Assembly (NCBI GenBank): GCA_964551725.1 | Contig: CAZKED010000005.1 | Location: 1 to 57,940 of the forward strand | DNA length: 57,940 nt | Origin: an uncultured archaeon | GTDB lineage: Archaea > Iainarchaeota > Iainarchaeia > Iainarchaeales > DTGL01 | Direction of reading: 5' to 3' | Shown: in pieces, positions 47,884-57,046 of the stretch | Layout: every line of letters starts with the position of its first letter | How positions within the stretch are numbered: position 1 is the first letter of the stretch | Translations under genes and position numbers: made by a program | The notes under the pieces: generated by a model | What the model was told of the DNA's origin: nothing | Databases searched by the model: none | Seen by the model: the letters and a program-made list of their open reading frames with translations, nothing else

Positions 47884-49046
47884 GAGTGCTTTATTCCGCA
47901 ATAGATGTGGGCATTCCTGCATTTCACGGAGGGGCATCGCACGTGCAGGAAAGCGTTTCAGCATTGGAGAAACTTGGGCACGAGGTGTTCCTTGTTTCCC
48001 AAGGGGGGTGGGGAAAGCCGCTCGCTGAGAAGAAGCGGAACGTTTCAATTTACCGCGTGCCCGTTTTTTTCGAACACGGGTTTTTGCGCGTGCTGAATTT
48101 ATGGCTTTTTTCAATCCCGCTTTTTATTTACCTGCTTTCTTTCAAGGTGGTTGATTTTGTGTACGAAAGGAACAGGGTGTTCGGCAATTGCGCCGTAGTG
48201 CTCGGCAAAATTCTGGGAAAAAAATGCGTTATTGAAATGAACGAGCCCCTGGTGCAGGCTGCGGAGCAGGAATTCGGGCACTCGCCCAAATTCTATTTTG
48301 TCAAGTGGTGGTTTTATTTTACCGCGCGCTTCGCGGACGTTGTAACCGTAACGCACAAGTGCATGGCTTTCGGGCTGCCCAAAGAAAAAATACTGAAAAT
48401 CCATTACGGCGCCAATCCCGAGAAGTTCTATCCCGCGAGAAGGAATCCCGCGATAGTGAAAAGGTTTTCCCTGAAAACGGGAAAGACAGTGTTCTACTCC
48501 GGTTCTTTCCGCGAATGGCACGCACTGCGAGAAACAATCGAAGCAGCCGCAATCGCGGTTAAAAGGGACCGCTCGCTCAAGTTCCTTTTCGCCGGAAGAG
48601 GGGAAAAATTCCAGGAAGCAAAAAAACTCGCGGAAGAAAAAGGTCTGCGGCGCAACGTTGTTTTCCTCGGCAGAGTGCCCTTTTCGAGAATGAATTCCTA
48701 CATTAATTCAAGCGACACCTGCCTCGCGCTTTTCAGCTGCTACTACCCCTTGTTCAGGAAATGCTCCTATTTTTACTCCGCCCTCAAAGTGCACGAGTAC
48801 AAGGCGTGCGGTAAGCCCGTCATTGCAACTAAAATGGGCAACCTCAGGAAAATGGTAAAGCACGGAAAAAACGGGTTGCTCGTGAGCAATTCCCCAAAGG
48901 AAATCGCTGCCGCTGTCCTAAAGCTGTCGCGCAGTTCTGCTTTGCGGAAGAGAATGGGAAAGCGCAACAGAACCGAAGTGCTCGAAAAATACAACTGGAT
49001 TGCCGTGACGGAAAAAGTTCTCAGGGCGGTGAAAGCCCGTGAATGA
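47880..49046 (+). CDS. GT4 glycosyltransferase
   Basis: GGASHV, YSGSFREWH, SALKVHEYKACGKPVI. Confidence 0.9.
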   Translation: MRVLYSAIDVGIPAFHGGASHVQESVSALEKLGHEVFLVSQGGWGKPLAEKKRNVSIYRVPVFFEHGFLRVLNLWLFSIPLFIYLLSFKVVDFVYERNRVFGNCAVVLGKILGKKCVIEMNEPLVQAAEQEFGHSPKFYFVKWWFYFTARFADVVTVTHKCMAFGLPKEKILKIHYGANPEKFYPARRNPAIVKRFSLKTGKTVFYSGSFREWHALRETIEAAAIAVKRDRSLKFLFAGRGEKFQEAKKLAEEKGLRRNVVFLGRVPFSRMNSYINSSDTCLALFSCYYPLFRKCSYFYSALKVHEYKACGKPVIATKMGNLRKMVKHGKNGLLVSNSPKEIAAAVLKLSRSSALRKRMGKRNRTEVLEKYNWIAVTEKVLRAVKARE

Positions 49047-49827
49047 AAGCGCGGAACTGAGAAAACTTTACTCGGATAAATACTTCAGGCACTGCTGTAG
49101 GGGAAGCAATGAATTTGAAGGGGGCAAACTGCACCATTCCTTCAAAAGAGCCCTCAGCGAACTCAAGCCGCATAAGGGAGACAGGGTTATTGACATTGGC
49201 TGCGGTCGCGGCGAAGCGGTAATTGAATGCGGAAGGCGGGGCTGCCTTTCAATTGGAACGGATTTTTCGATGAATGCCCTCAGGATAGCGGCAGGGAACG
49301 CCCGAGGAAAAGCATTTTTTGTCCTCGCTGACGCAACGGAACTGCCCTTCCGCTCTGCAGCATTCAATAAGGCATTCTTTCTCGAAACACTAGAGCATGT
49401 TCCCAAGGAAAAGGAAGCAGGGCTGTTTTCCGAGATTGAAAGGGTGCTTTGCGGGAAGGGAAAGCTCTTTGTCACCACTTCGCCGAGCAGTTTTGTTTCA
49501 AAGCCGTTGTATGCAATTGCAGGCCTGCTGGGAATGAAACGCGGCTTGAACGAGCAAATGCATGTGAATGAAAAGAATTATTTTTCCCTGCGCGCTTCTT
49601 TGCGCAGAGCGGGTTTTTCTCCCAGAATCAAAATGCGTTTTGTGCCAGAATGGTTCGAGGTTGCAGTTAAAGGAAAGCGCTTTGACTTTGTTTTCCTGCC
49701 CTTCGTGGGAATTTTGAAGTCAAGGCCCGTGAAATGGCTGTGCGGGCGTTCCCCCCTCAGGTTTTTTTTCGGAACGCATCTGGGGGCGTTCGCCGAAAAG
49801 GGGGAACGCAAAGCGGGGCGGGTTTAA
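49039..49827 (+). CDS. Class I SAM-dependent methyltransferase
   Basis: VIDIGCGRG, DATELPF, LEHV. Confidence 0.9.
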   Translation: MNESAELRKLYSDKYFRHCCRGSNEFEGGKLHHSFKRALSELKPHKGDRVIDIGCGRGEAVIECGRRGCLSIGTDFSMNALRIAAGNARGKAFFVLADATELPFRSAAFNKAFFLETLEHVPKEKEAGLFSEIERVLCGKGKLFVTTSPSSFVSKPLYAIAGLLGMKRGLNEQMHVNEKNYFSLRASLRRAGFSPRIKMRFVPEWFEVAVKGKRFDFVFLPFVGILKSRPVKWLCGRSPLRFFFGTHLGAFAEKGERKAGRV

Positions 49828-49860
49828 AAAATGTTTTTTTATGGAATTAAAGTGGTTTGA

Positions 49861-50379
49861 ATGGTTGTCATCCCAAAACACTTGGATTACCTCAAAAGGT
49901 TCGCCGACCTTGATTCAGGCAGTGTGCTTGACGTGGGGGTAAGCAGCATCCATCCTCACAGGAGCCTGCGAGGAAAAAACGTATTGCACTTGGACCTGGA
50001 AAAAACGCCCGGTGTTGACGTTTGCGGGGATGCGAGAAATCTTCCCTTCCCAAGGGATTCATTCGATTTTGTTGTCTGCTCGCACTTGCTCGAGCACCTT
50101 GAGTCCTATGAGGACGCTAACTCGGTTGTGGTGGAACTTAAGAGGGTTGCCAGAAAGAAAATAATAATCGTGGTTCCCGAACTGCGGGAGGTTGATTTGG
50201 GGCCGGCTTACAAAAACGAGCACAAAATTGCTTTTACAAAATACTTGCTTGTTTTTCTTGCGGGAAAAATAAATGGATTGAATGTGGAGTATTGTGGCAA
50301 CCATTCAATTGGGTTTTTCGGCGGCCTTCGCGGTTTTTTTGGAATGGGCGATTTGGTCTGCGTATGCTCAAAGCAGTAG
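49861..50379 (+). CDS. Class I SAM-dependent methyltransferase (short)
   Basis: VLDVG, GDARNLPF..SFDFVVCSHLLEHL. Confidence 0.85.
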   Translation: MVVIPKHLDYLKRFADLDSGSVLDVGVSSIHPHRSLRGKNVLHLDLEKTPGVDVCGDARNLPFPRDSFDFVVCSHLLEHLESYEDANSVVVELKRVARKKIIIVVPELREVDLGPAYKNEHKIAFTKYLLVFLAGKINGLNVEYCGNHSIGFFGGLRGFFGMGDLVCVCSKQ

Positions 50380-50385
50380 AAGGTA

Positions 50386-51066
50386 ATGCTTATGAAAAGG
50401 GAGAATTTTTCAATCATTGTTCCCGCATTCAACGAGGAGCAGGGGATAGCGGAAGTAATCCACAGGTGCAAAAAGGTAATGCGGAAGGGTGACGAAATAA
50501 TCGTGGTGGACGATGGCAGTGTGGACTGCACTTCAGAAAAGGCGAAAAGCGCGGGCGCCAAGGTTGTAAGGCATGAAAAGAACAAGGGAAAAGCATTTGC
50601 CCTGAAAACCGGCTTTAAGGCAGCAGCGAACGAAATAGTTGCAACGATTGATGCAGACTGTACTTATCCTCCGGAGGCGTTCCCGGAAATGCTCGCCGAG
50701 CTGGAGGGCGCTGACCTTGTAGTGGGAACGCGCTTTAGGAGAATGTGGCCCCGCGACCTGGCGTGGCACAGGGTTGCGGCAAACAAGCTTGGGGCGTTAT
50801 TTGCAAGCGTTTTGCTTGCCAGAAAGGTAACGGATGTAACCACGGGACTGCGCGCTTTCAGGAAAAAAATATTGAAGGGCATGCCTGAAATAAGAGCTGA
50901 AGGGCTGGACTTTGAGGCGGAGTTTACCGCAAGGGCAATTTCAAACGGCTTCCGTTACAAAGAGGTGAAAATTGTCGCTGAAATGAGGAAAGGCCGCTCT
51001 ACTTTGAGTTTTTTCAGGCACTTGTGGCTTTTCTTCAAAGCCGTTCTGAGGGGAAAATTTTCATGA
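50386..51066 (+). CDS. GT2 glycosyltransferase (DPM1/polyprenol-phosphate type)
   Basis: IVPAFNEE, VDDGSVD, NKGKAFAL..G, DADCTYPP, DVTTGLRAF. Confidence 0.9.
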   Translation: MLMKRENFSIIVPAFNEEQGIAEVIHRCKKVMRKGDEIIVVDDGSVDCTSEKAKSAGAKVVRHEKNKGKAFALKTGFKAAANEIVATIDADCTYPPEAFPEMLAELEGADLVVGTRFRRMWPRDLAWHRVAANKLGALFASVLLARKVTDVTTGLRAFRKKILKGMPEIRAEGLDFEAEFTARAISNGFRYKEVKIVAEMRKGRSTLSFFRHLWLFFKAVLRGKFS

Positions 51067-51082
51067 TTTTTTTGGTGGAAAA

Positions 51083-51607
51083 ATGTTGAGGAGTTTTAGG
51101 AGAAAACAAATTCTTTCGCTCGTGCAGCCCTTTGTTGGAACGAAGACAAAAGTGCTTGACGCGGGCTGCGGCGATGCTTGGCTTTTGCATTCATTGAAAG
51201 CAAAAAGAAAAGTTGGCTTGGATACCCAAAGGCATCAAAGGCTTTCCATGCAAGGAATTGAATTCTTCCAGGCAAGCGTTTACTCGCTGCCCTTTCCTTC
51301 CGCGAGCTTTGACGTTGTTGTCCTAAATTCAATGGTCGAGCACTTAAAGGATGCGAATAAAGCGCTGCGCGAGTGCAGAAGGACGCTTAAGAAAGGAGGA
51401 AAAATTCTCGTTTGGATGCCCACAGCGCAGTCCGACTGGCTCTTGAAACTGCTCTCCTCTCTCGGCTTGTTGGGAAGATTCAGGCACGAAAGGTATTACG
51501 GCTTGGAAGAGTTTGCGGCGATGCTCGAGAGAGCGGGTTTCAGGGTTCTGAGGAAGGAATTCAAAAATTTTTCAATTAATGAGTTTTTTGTGGGGGAAAA
51601 GAAATGA
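51083..51607 (+). CDS. Class I SAM-dependent methyltransferase
   Basis: VLDAGCG, LPFPSASFD, VEHL..ALREC.RTLKKGG. Confidence 0.88.
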   Translation: MLRSFRRKQILSLVQPFVGTKTKVLDAGCGDAWLLHSLKAKRKVGLDTQRHQRLSMQGIEFFQASVYSLPFPSASFDVVVLNSMVEHLKDANKALRECRRTLKKGGKILVWMPTAQSDWLLKLLSSLGLLGRFRHERYYGLEEFAAMLERAGFRVLRKEFKNFSINEFFVGEKK

Positions 51608-52818
51608 ATTCTTCCAGGCTTCGGCGTAAGCCAATGAATTTTTTGCTTGTTTCAATTGACTGCCTCAGGGCAGACTGGCTTAAGACACCCGCTCTTAGAA
51701 AAATTTCAGAAAAGGGAATCCAGTTTACCAACGCAATCACCGCTGCAAATTCAACCGATCCTTCGCATTTGTCCGTCCTCACAGGCCTTTACCCCAGAAC
51801 CCACGGAATACACGAGAACGGGATACGCCTCAACAAGAAAAATTTCAAACACGTTTTTTTGCAGGAAATCCTTAAAGGCAAAGGCCATCATACCGCAGGA
51901 TTTGTCGGAGTGGAACACATGGGCGCGCTTTACGGGTTTGACAGGGGGTTTGACTTTTTTTCATCCTCTTCTTGGGGTCTTTTCAGGTATTTGTTCAACA
52001 AAAAACTGGGTCTCTGGATTGGAAAGCACCACATAACCTTGGTTAAGATTTTGTCAAGAATTGGATTGAATTTTGCAAAGCACAGTAGGAAATGCAAGGA
52101 GGTTTTTTCGGATTTCAGAAAATGGTTTGAAATGGAAAACAGGCAGCCGTTTTTTTCCTTTGTCCATTTCTTTGACGCTCATGTAATTTACAAAAAAAAG
52201 TATGAATCCAGCTTGGAAAAAATAGATTTTTTCCTTGGAAAAATGGTTGAAATGGTCCCGCGGAACACCTGCATTATTGTTTTCGGGGATCACGGGCAGA
52301 TTTTTAAAGAAAACGGAAATAAGCAGCAAGGACATGGCCACACATTGAAGGAGGAGGAATTGAGGGTTCCGCTTGTTTTTTATTTCAAGGACGGTTCCTT
52401 TGGCTCTAAGGAAGTAAAAAGACAGGTGCAGCTCGTTGACATCTTTCCAACAGTGCTGGATTTGACTGGTGCAGGATTTAAGAGCGAGGGAAGTTCCCTC
52501 AAACCGTTTATTGAAGGAAAAAAGGCAGTTGAATTCCGCAAAAACGCGTTTACTGTTTCATATTTCCCTTTCGCGAAAAAATGGAGTGTTCGAAGGGAAG
52601 ACGGATGGAAGCTTGTTTATTTGAGGGAGCGCCGTTCTTTCAAACTTTTAAATTTTCTCAGAGACCCCAGCGAAACAAAGGATTTTTCAGAGGAGTTCCC
52701 TGAAAAAGCGAAAGAACTCAGGAAAGATCTTCTCGGTTTCCTTGAAGGGGGAAAAATTGCCAGGGCAAAGAAAGACAGAAGAACCAATGAAATGCTTAAA
52801 GGGCTCGGCTATTTGTGA
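51604..52818 (+). CDS. Sulfatase-like / alkaline-phosphatase-superfamily protein (Thr nucleophile)
   Basis: IDCLRAD, STDPSH.S.LTGLYP..HG, HFFDAH, GDHG, RVPL; start 51604 or 51634. Confidence 0.88.
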   Translation: MNSSRLRRKPMNFLLVSIDCLRADWLKTPALRKISEKGIQFTNAITAANSTDPSHLSVLTGLYPRTHGIHENGIRLNKKNFKHVFLQEILKGKGHHTAGFVGVEHMGALYGFDRGFDFFSSSSWGLFRYLFNKKLGLWIGKHHITLVKILSRIGLNFAKHSRKCKEVFSDFRKWFEMENRQPFFSFVHFFDAHVIYKKKYESSLEKIDFFLGKMVEMVPRNTCIIVFGDHGQIFKENGNKQQGHGHTLKEEELRVPLVFYFKDGSFGSKEVKRQVQLVDIFPTVLDLTGAGFKSEGSSLKPFIEGKKAVEFRKNAFTVSYFPFAKKWSVRREDGWKLVYLRERRSFKLLNFLRDPSETKDFSEEFPEKAKELRKDLLGFLEGGKIARAKKDRRTNEMLKGLGYL

Positions 52819-54017
52819 ATTTTTTCGCTTTCCTGCACTGCCTTCCCGTAAAGCAGTTCGAAGTCGGCGAGGAGTTTTTCCCACGAATAGTTTTTCCTTA
52901 CATGTCCTCTGCCATTTTTCGCAATTTTTTTCCTCAACGATTTTTTTCCCAGCAATTCCTTCATCCCTTTTTTAAGTTCCTCTGCGGAACCCGCCCTGAC
53001 CAAGTACCCTGTTTCCAAGTGCTTCACAACCTCTGGAATTCCGCAGACCCTTGCGGCAAGCAGTGGTTTTTCCATTGCCAATACCTCTAACATTCCGTGG
53101 GGGAAAGGGTCATACAGAGAGGGCATCACAACAAGCACACTTTTTGAAATCAGCGCAGGCATTTTTTTGTGTTCAATCCCGCCCAAAAATTCCACTTTGT
53201 CCTGCAAGCCGAGCTCGCGCGCTTTTTTTCTGTAGAATGCCTCGCTTTTTCCCGAGCCGGCAATTTTGAGCTTTGTTCCATTTATCCCCGTGAATGCCTC
53301 CAGCAATTCATCCAGTCCTTTCCAGGGAACAATCCTGCCGGCAAAAAGAACGAATTTCTCGCTGCGCGCGTACTTTTTCGGATTGAAAAGCGCGAGGTCA
53401 ACCGCGTTGCGGAGCAGAACGGTTTTTTTTCCCGGCACGCCTCTGCGTAGCAGCTGTTTCTGCTGGAATTCGCTCGGGCATGTGACAAGCGCTGATTTTT
53501 TTACAAGCCAGGACTGCAGTGAGTCGAGCACTCTCGCCTTGAGCGGGAGTTCCGCTTTTCCGCCCCTGTACCTTTTCCCTATTTTTTCAAAGCCGAGCGA
53601 TGAATAGTTTATGAGGAATTCGAGGGAAAGGTCGCCGGTGTATTTTGTTATAAGCGGGGCTTTGCTCCGTGCAATTTTTTTTGCCAGCACCGCTGCTGCG
53701 GCGCTAAGGTTTAAATCGTGTGCGTGGACCACGTCAGGATTCCATCTTCTCATAATCGGCGTTGCAAGAAAAGCCATTGAAAAAACAGAAAAAATATTGT
53801 CGAGCGCGGAGGCTTTTTTTGGGTTACCGCTCAAATGCCGGGCGCGGTGCACTGTAAAGCCCTTTTTTTTCTCCGTTTTGGCGTAAGCCGGAAATCTGAG
53901 CGTTACCACTTTGACCGAATGACCTTTTTCAGCAAGTCTTTCCGCGAGTTCCGGCACGCTGCTCGCGGGACCGCCTATTCTCGGCGGATAGTTTGCTGAA
54001 ACAATGAGCAGTTTCAT
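52809..54017 (-). CDS. GT4 glycosyltransferase
   Basis: YPPRIGG, PDVVHAH, FAGRIVPWKG, DPFPHGMLEVLAM. Confidence 0.92.
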   Translation of the reverse strand: MKLLIVSANYPPRIGGPASSVPELAERLAEKGHSVKVVTLRFPAYAKTEKKKGFTVHRARHLSGNPKKASALDNIFSVFSMAFLATPIMRRWNPDVVHAHDLNLSAAAAVLAKKIARSKAPLITKYTGDLSLEFLINYSSLGFEKIGKRYRGGKAELPLKARVLDSLQSWLVKKSALVTCPSEFQQKQLLRRGVPGKKTVLLRNAVDLALFNPKKYARSEKFVLFAGRIVPWKGLDELLEAFTGINGTKLKIAGSGKSEAFYRKKARELGLQDKVEFLGGIEHKKMPALISKSVLVVMPSLYDPFPHGMLEVLAMEKPLLAARVCGIPEVVKHLETGYLVRAGSAEELKKGMKELLGKKSLRKKIAKNGRGHVRKNYSWEKLLADFELLYGKAVQESEKIHK

Positions 54018-54072
54018 GTTAGTAATAGTGCCTCTGAAAGTATTTAAAAGAACCCTGCAATGTTATTTTTTA

Positions 54073-54807
54073 ATGGAGCCTGTTTTTTCCGATTTCAGCG
54101 GAAGCAAGGCGCATTTCCGCTTCTCAAAAGCCCGTTCGAAAAGGATTCTCAGAGTGCTTTCCCTTTTCAAGGAATTGAAGGGCTGCTGTTTGCTGGATGC
54201 TGGCTGCGGTTACGGCTTTGTGTCAAGGGAGCTTGCGCGTAAGTGCGGGGAGGTGACAGGTGTTGACACCAACAGGCGTGCGATTGATTTTGCCAAGCGG
54301 GCTGCGAGGGAAAAGGGGGTTAAGAACTGCAGTTTCCTCAACGAAAATGCTGAAAGGCTTTCATTTGGGGGGAATTCATTTGACATTGTAGTGTCTTATC
54401 AGGTATTGGAGCATGTTGGAAACCAGAAAAGATATTTGAAGGAATTGAAGAGAGTGCTTAAGGAGGACGGCGTTCTCTATATTGCCACACCAAACAGATT
54501 TTACCCAATTGAACCGCATTACAAGATTCCATTCCTTGCCTTAATGCCTTCCTTCCTTGCAAACATTTTTGTAAGGGCAAGGGGCGTGAAAGAATATGAT
54601 ATAAAACTTCTTTCGCGGAAAAAACTGGCGCAATTGCTTATGGAAACCGGTTTCCAATTCGAGGATTTCACGGGCAAAATTGTAAGAGATCCAGAAAAGT
54701 TTTGCGCGCGGAAGGATTTCGGGTTAAAAATGAAGTTCTTGAAGCACTTTTATTTCTTTCCCTTCAGATGCTTTGTGCCGGGCTTTATTTTTGTCTGCCG
54801 GAAGTGA
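54073..54807 (+). CDS. Class I SAM-dependent methyltransferase
   Basis: LLDAGCGYG, SFDIVVSYQVLEHV, RVLKEDG..ATPNR. Confidence 0.9.
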   Translation: MEPVFSDFSGSKAHFRFSKARSKRILRVLSLFKELKGCCLLDAGCGYGFVSRELARKCGEVTGVDTNRRAIDFAKRAAREKGVKNCSFLNENAERLSFGGNSFDIVVSYQVLEHVGNQKRYLKELKRVLKEDGVLYIATPNRFYPIEPHYKIPFLALMPSFLANIFVRARGVKEYDIKLLSRKKLAQLLMETGFQFEDFTGKIVRDPEKFCARKDFGLKMKFLKHFYFFPFRCFVPGFIFVCRK

Positions 54808-55783
54808 TTTTCCCTTTTTTAGGGCTCCCCAAAAAGCGGTAACCCCAGGAAAGAGAAACAATGAAGCCAAGGGCGATTGGCAGCAGTATAACCAGCCTTC
54901 GCGCAATTACCACAACGAGTGCAATTCCCGAAGGAACGCCTAGGAACTCGAACATTAAAATCATGGCGAATTCCCTCACTCCGAGCCCGCCCGGAATCTG
55001 TGAAAGCCCGCCCACGAAGATAGAAATGGCGACAATTACGAGAATGTAGCCCATTGGAACATAAGTGCCATAGGAGAGAAAAAAAGACTCCATTACAAGT
55101 GTTTGCACCACCCAGTATGCAGCAACCAAAACCAGCACAGGAAACATTTTCCTGCTTAAGAGTATCTGCATCCATGTTTCGCGTATTTTTTTGAGTGATT
55201 TGAATAAAATCAAGGAAGCGCTTTTAATAAAAGCGTTTTTTATTTTGCCCGATTTTTGCACGGTTTTTTCAAAGAATGAAACAGGAATTTTGAAAAAAGC
55301 AATAAGGACAACCAGGACAGGGACGGTAAATGCCAGCATTCTCTCAAATGAAACATAGGGCAGTCCCCGGGAAAAAAAGTACAGGGCAGAAAAGGCGAGA
55401 AGTATTTGGGTGCCTGTGTCCATTGCGTATTCGAATGAGGCAAGGGAAAGCGCATTGCCTTTTCCCATGCCCATTGCTTTGTTGAGTGCAATCGCTTTTG
55501 CTGGAATGTTGAGCCTTGAGGGGAAGGCGTATGAAATGAACCGGTTGAAGAATTCCAATTGCAGGAATTTTGAAAAACCCGGGCTTTTTTCTTCGAGCGT
55601 TTTTGAGAGAATTTTCATTCTCAATGCGAGCAAAAAAAAGCCTGAAAGAAAAAGCACAATTGCCAGCAGGAAAAACTCCGGGTTCTTCAAATCAAGCAAT
55701 TGGTCAATGTTAATTTTCTGGGAATAAATAAAATAGGCGAAAATCGCAATTCCTGCAAGGTAAAAAATAAACCTTTTTTTCAT
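54785..55783 (-). CDS. Flippase-like membrane protein (LPG-synthase TM / AglD2-like)
   Basis: Multi-TM, IPGGLGVREFAM, RR in last TM; ATG 55783 preferred. Confidence 0.82.
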   Translation of the reverse strand: MKKRFIFYLAGIAIFAYFIYSQKINIDQLLDLKNPEFFLLAIVLFLSGFFLLALRMKILSKTLEEKSPGFSKFLQLEFFNRFISYAFPSRLNIPAKAIALNKAMGMGKGNALSLASFEYAMDTGTQILLAFSALYFFSRGLPYVSFERMLAFTVPVLVVLIAFFKIPVSFFEKTVQKSGKIKNAFIKSASLILFKSLKKIRETWMQILLSRKMFPVLVLVAAYWVVQTLVMESFFLSYGTYVPMGYILVIVAISIFVGGLSQIPGGLGVREFAMILMFEFLGVPSGIALVVVIARRLVILLPIALGFIVSLSWGYRFLGSPKKGKITSGRQK

Positions 55784-55837
55784 CAAATTAAGAATATATG
55801 ACTTCTTTTTATAATCTTTTCTTGTGTTTTTCCCAGT

Positions 55838-57046
55838 ATGAACGTTGTTTTTGTAACGCTTGACGCTTTGAGGCGGGACAGGCTTGGATGTTACGGTCAC
55901 AAGGGAAATTTGACACCCGCAGTTGATTCAATTGCAGAAAAAGGCATTGTCTTTGAGAATGCCGTAACAGTGTCAAACACGACTGACCCGAGCCATGCCT
56001 CTTTTTTCACCGCCACTTATCCCAACGTTCACGGGGTCAGGGAGAACGGCTGGAAATTGAAGAAAAAAATTCCAATGCTTGCAGGCGAACTCAAAAGAGG
56101 CGGTTATGCAACAGCCGCAGCAGTAAGCGTTGAGCATTTAAGCTCTTATTTTGGCTGGAATTCCGGCTTTGATTATTACTTCAACAACAACAAGTTTGAC
56201 AGCGCATACCATTCGCTCAGCAGGCTTGGCTTCAGGCTGGGCAAATACAGGTTTTTCAGCGTGTTCTCCCTGTTGAGAAAAGCCGGGCTGCTTAAAAACA
56301 CCCATTGCCGTCCATCAAGCGAAACAAATCGTGCAGTGCTGCCGTGGATTGAAAAGCACGCCGGGGAAAATTTTTTCCTCTGGATTCATTATTTTGACAT
56401 TCACAAGCCCTACAAGCCGAACTATGATTCAGGGGTAAAACTTGTGGACGAAGCTGTTGGAAAACTCACAGAGAAATTGCGGGAAACCGGCATTTTTGAA
56501 AAAACCGCTTTAGTGCTCACATCCGACCACGGCGAAACATTCAAGGAAGAGCACGGCTATGAGGAGCACGGTCATTCACTGTATGAGCAGGAGATAAGAA
56601 TTCCCCTAATTCTCCACTTCCCTCAAAAACTGGGCAAAGCCAGAATTGAACAGCAGGTGCGTTCAATTGACGTAATGCCCACGCTTCTTGAACTGCTTTC
56701 CCTTAAAATCCCCAAGACCTGCCAGGGCAGAAGCCTTCTGCCCGCTTTAAATGGAGAGGAGTTGGGGCTTGATGCCTTTGTTGAATCATATCCAGTATAC
56801 AGGGACTCAAAATGTCTTAGGACGCACAATGGCTGGAAGTATATTTTCAACGCCGACAGGGAAGACGAGCTTTTCAATTTAGGGAATGACCAGTTTGAAA
56901 AAAACAATTTACTTGAAAAGGAAAAGGACACGGCGGAGAAAATGAAAAAAATGCTTTTTGAATGGATTGAATCAGGCGAGACAATTGAAAACCAGCAAAT
57001 TGATGGTTTCACTGCTAATAACCTGAAGGGTCTTGGCTATTTGTGA
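55838..57046 (+). CDS. Sulfatase-like / alkaline-phosphatase-superfamily protein (Thr nucleophile)
   Basis: LDALRRD, TTDPSH.S.FTATYP.VHG, HYFDIH.PY, SDHGE..EHG, IRIPL. Confidence 0.9.
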   Translation: MNVVFVTLDALRRDRLGCYGHKGNLTPAVDSIAEKGIVFENAVTVSNTTDPSHASFFTATYPNVHGVRENGWKLKKKIPMLAGELKRGGYATAAAVSVEHLSSYFGWNSGFDYYFNNNKFDSAYHSLSRLGFRLGKYRFFSVFSLLRKAGLLKNTHCRPSSETNRAVLPWIEKHAGENFFLWIHYFDIHKPYKPNYDSGVKLVDEAVGKLTEKLRETGIFEKTALVLTSDHGETFKEEHGYEEHGHSLYEQEIRIPLILHFPQKLGKARIEQQVRSIDVMPTLLELLSLKIPKTCQGRSLLPALNGEELGLDAFVESYPVYRDSKCLRTHNGWKYIFNADREDELFNLGNDQFEKNNLLEKEKDTAEKMKKMLFEWIESGETIENQQIDGFTANNLKGLGYL

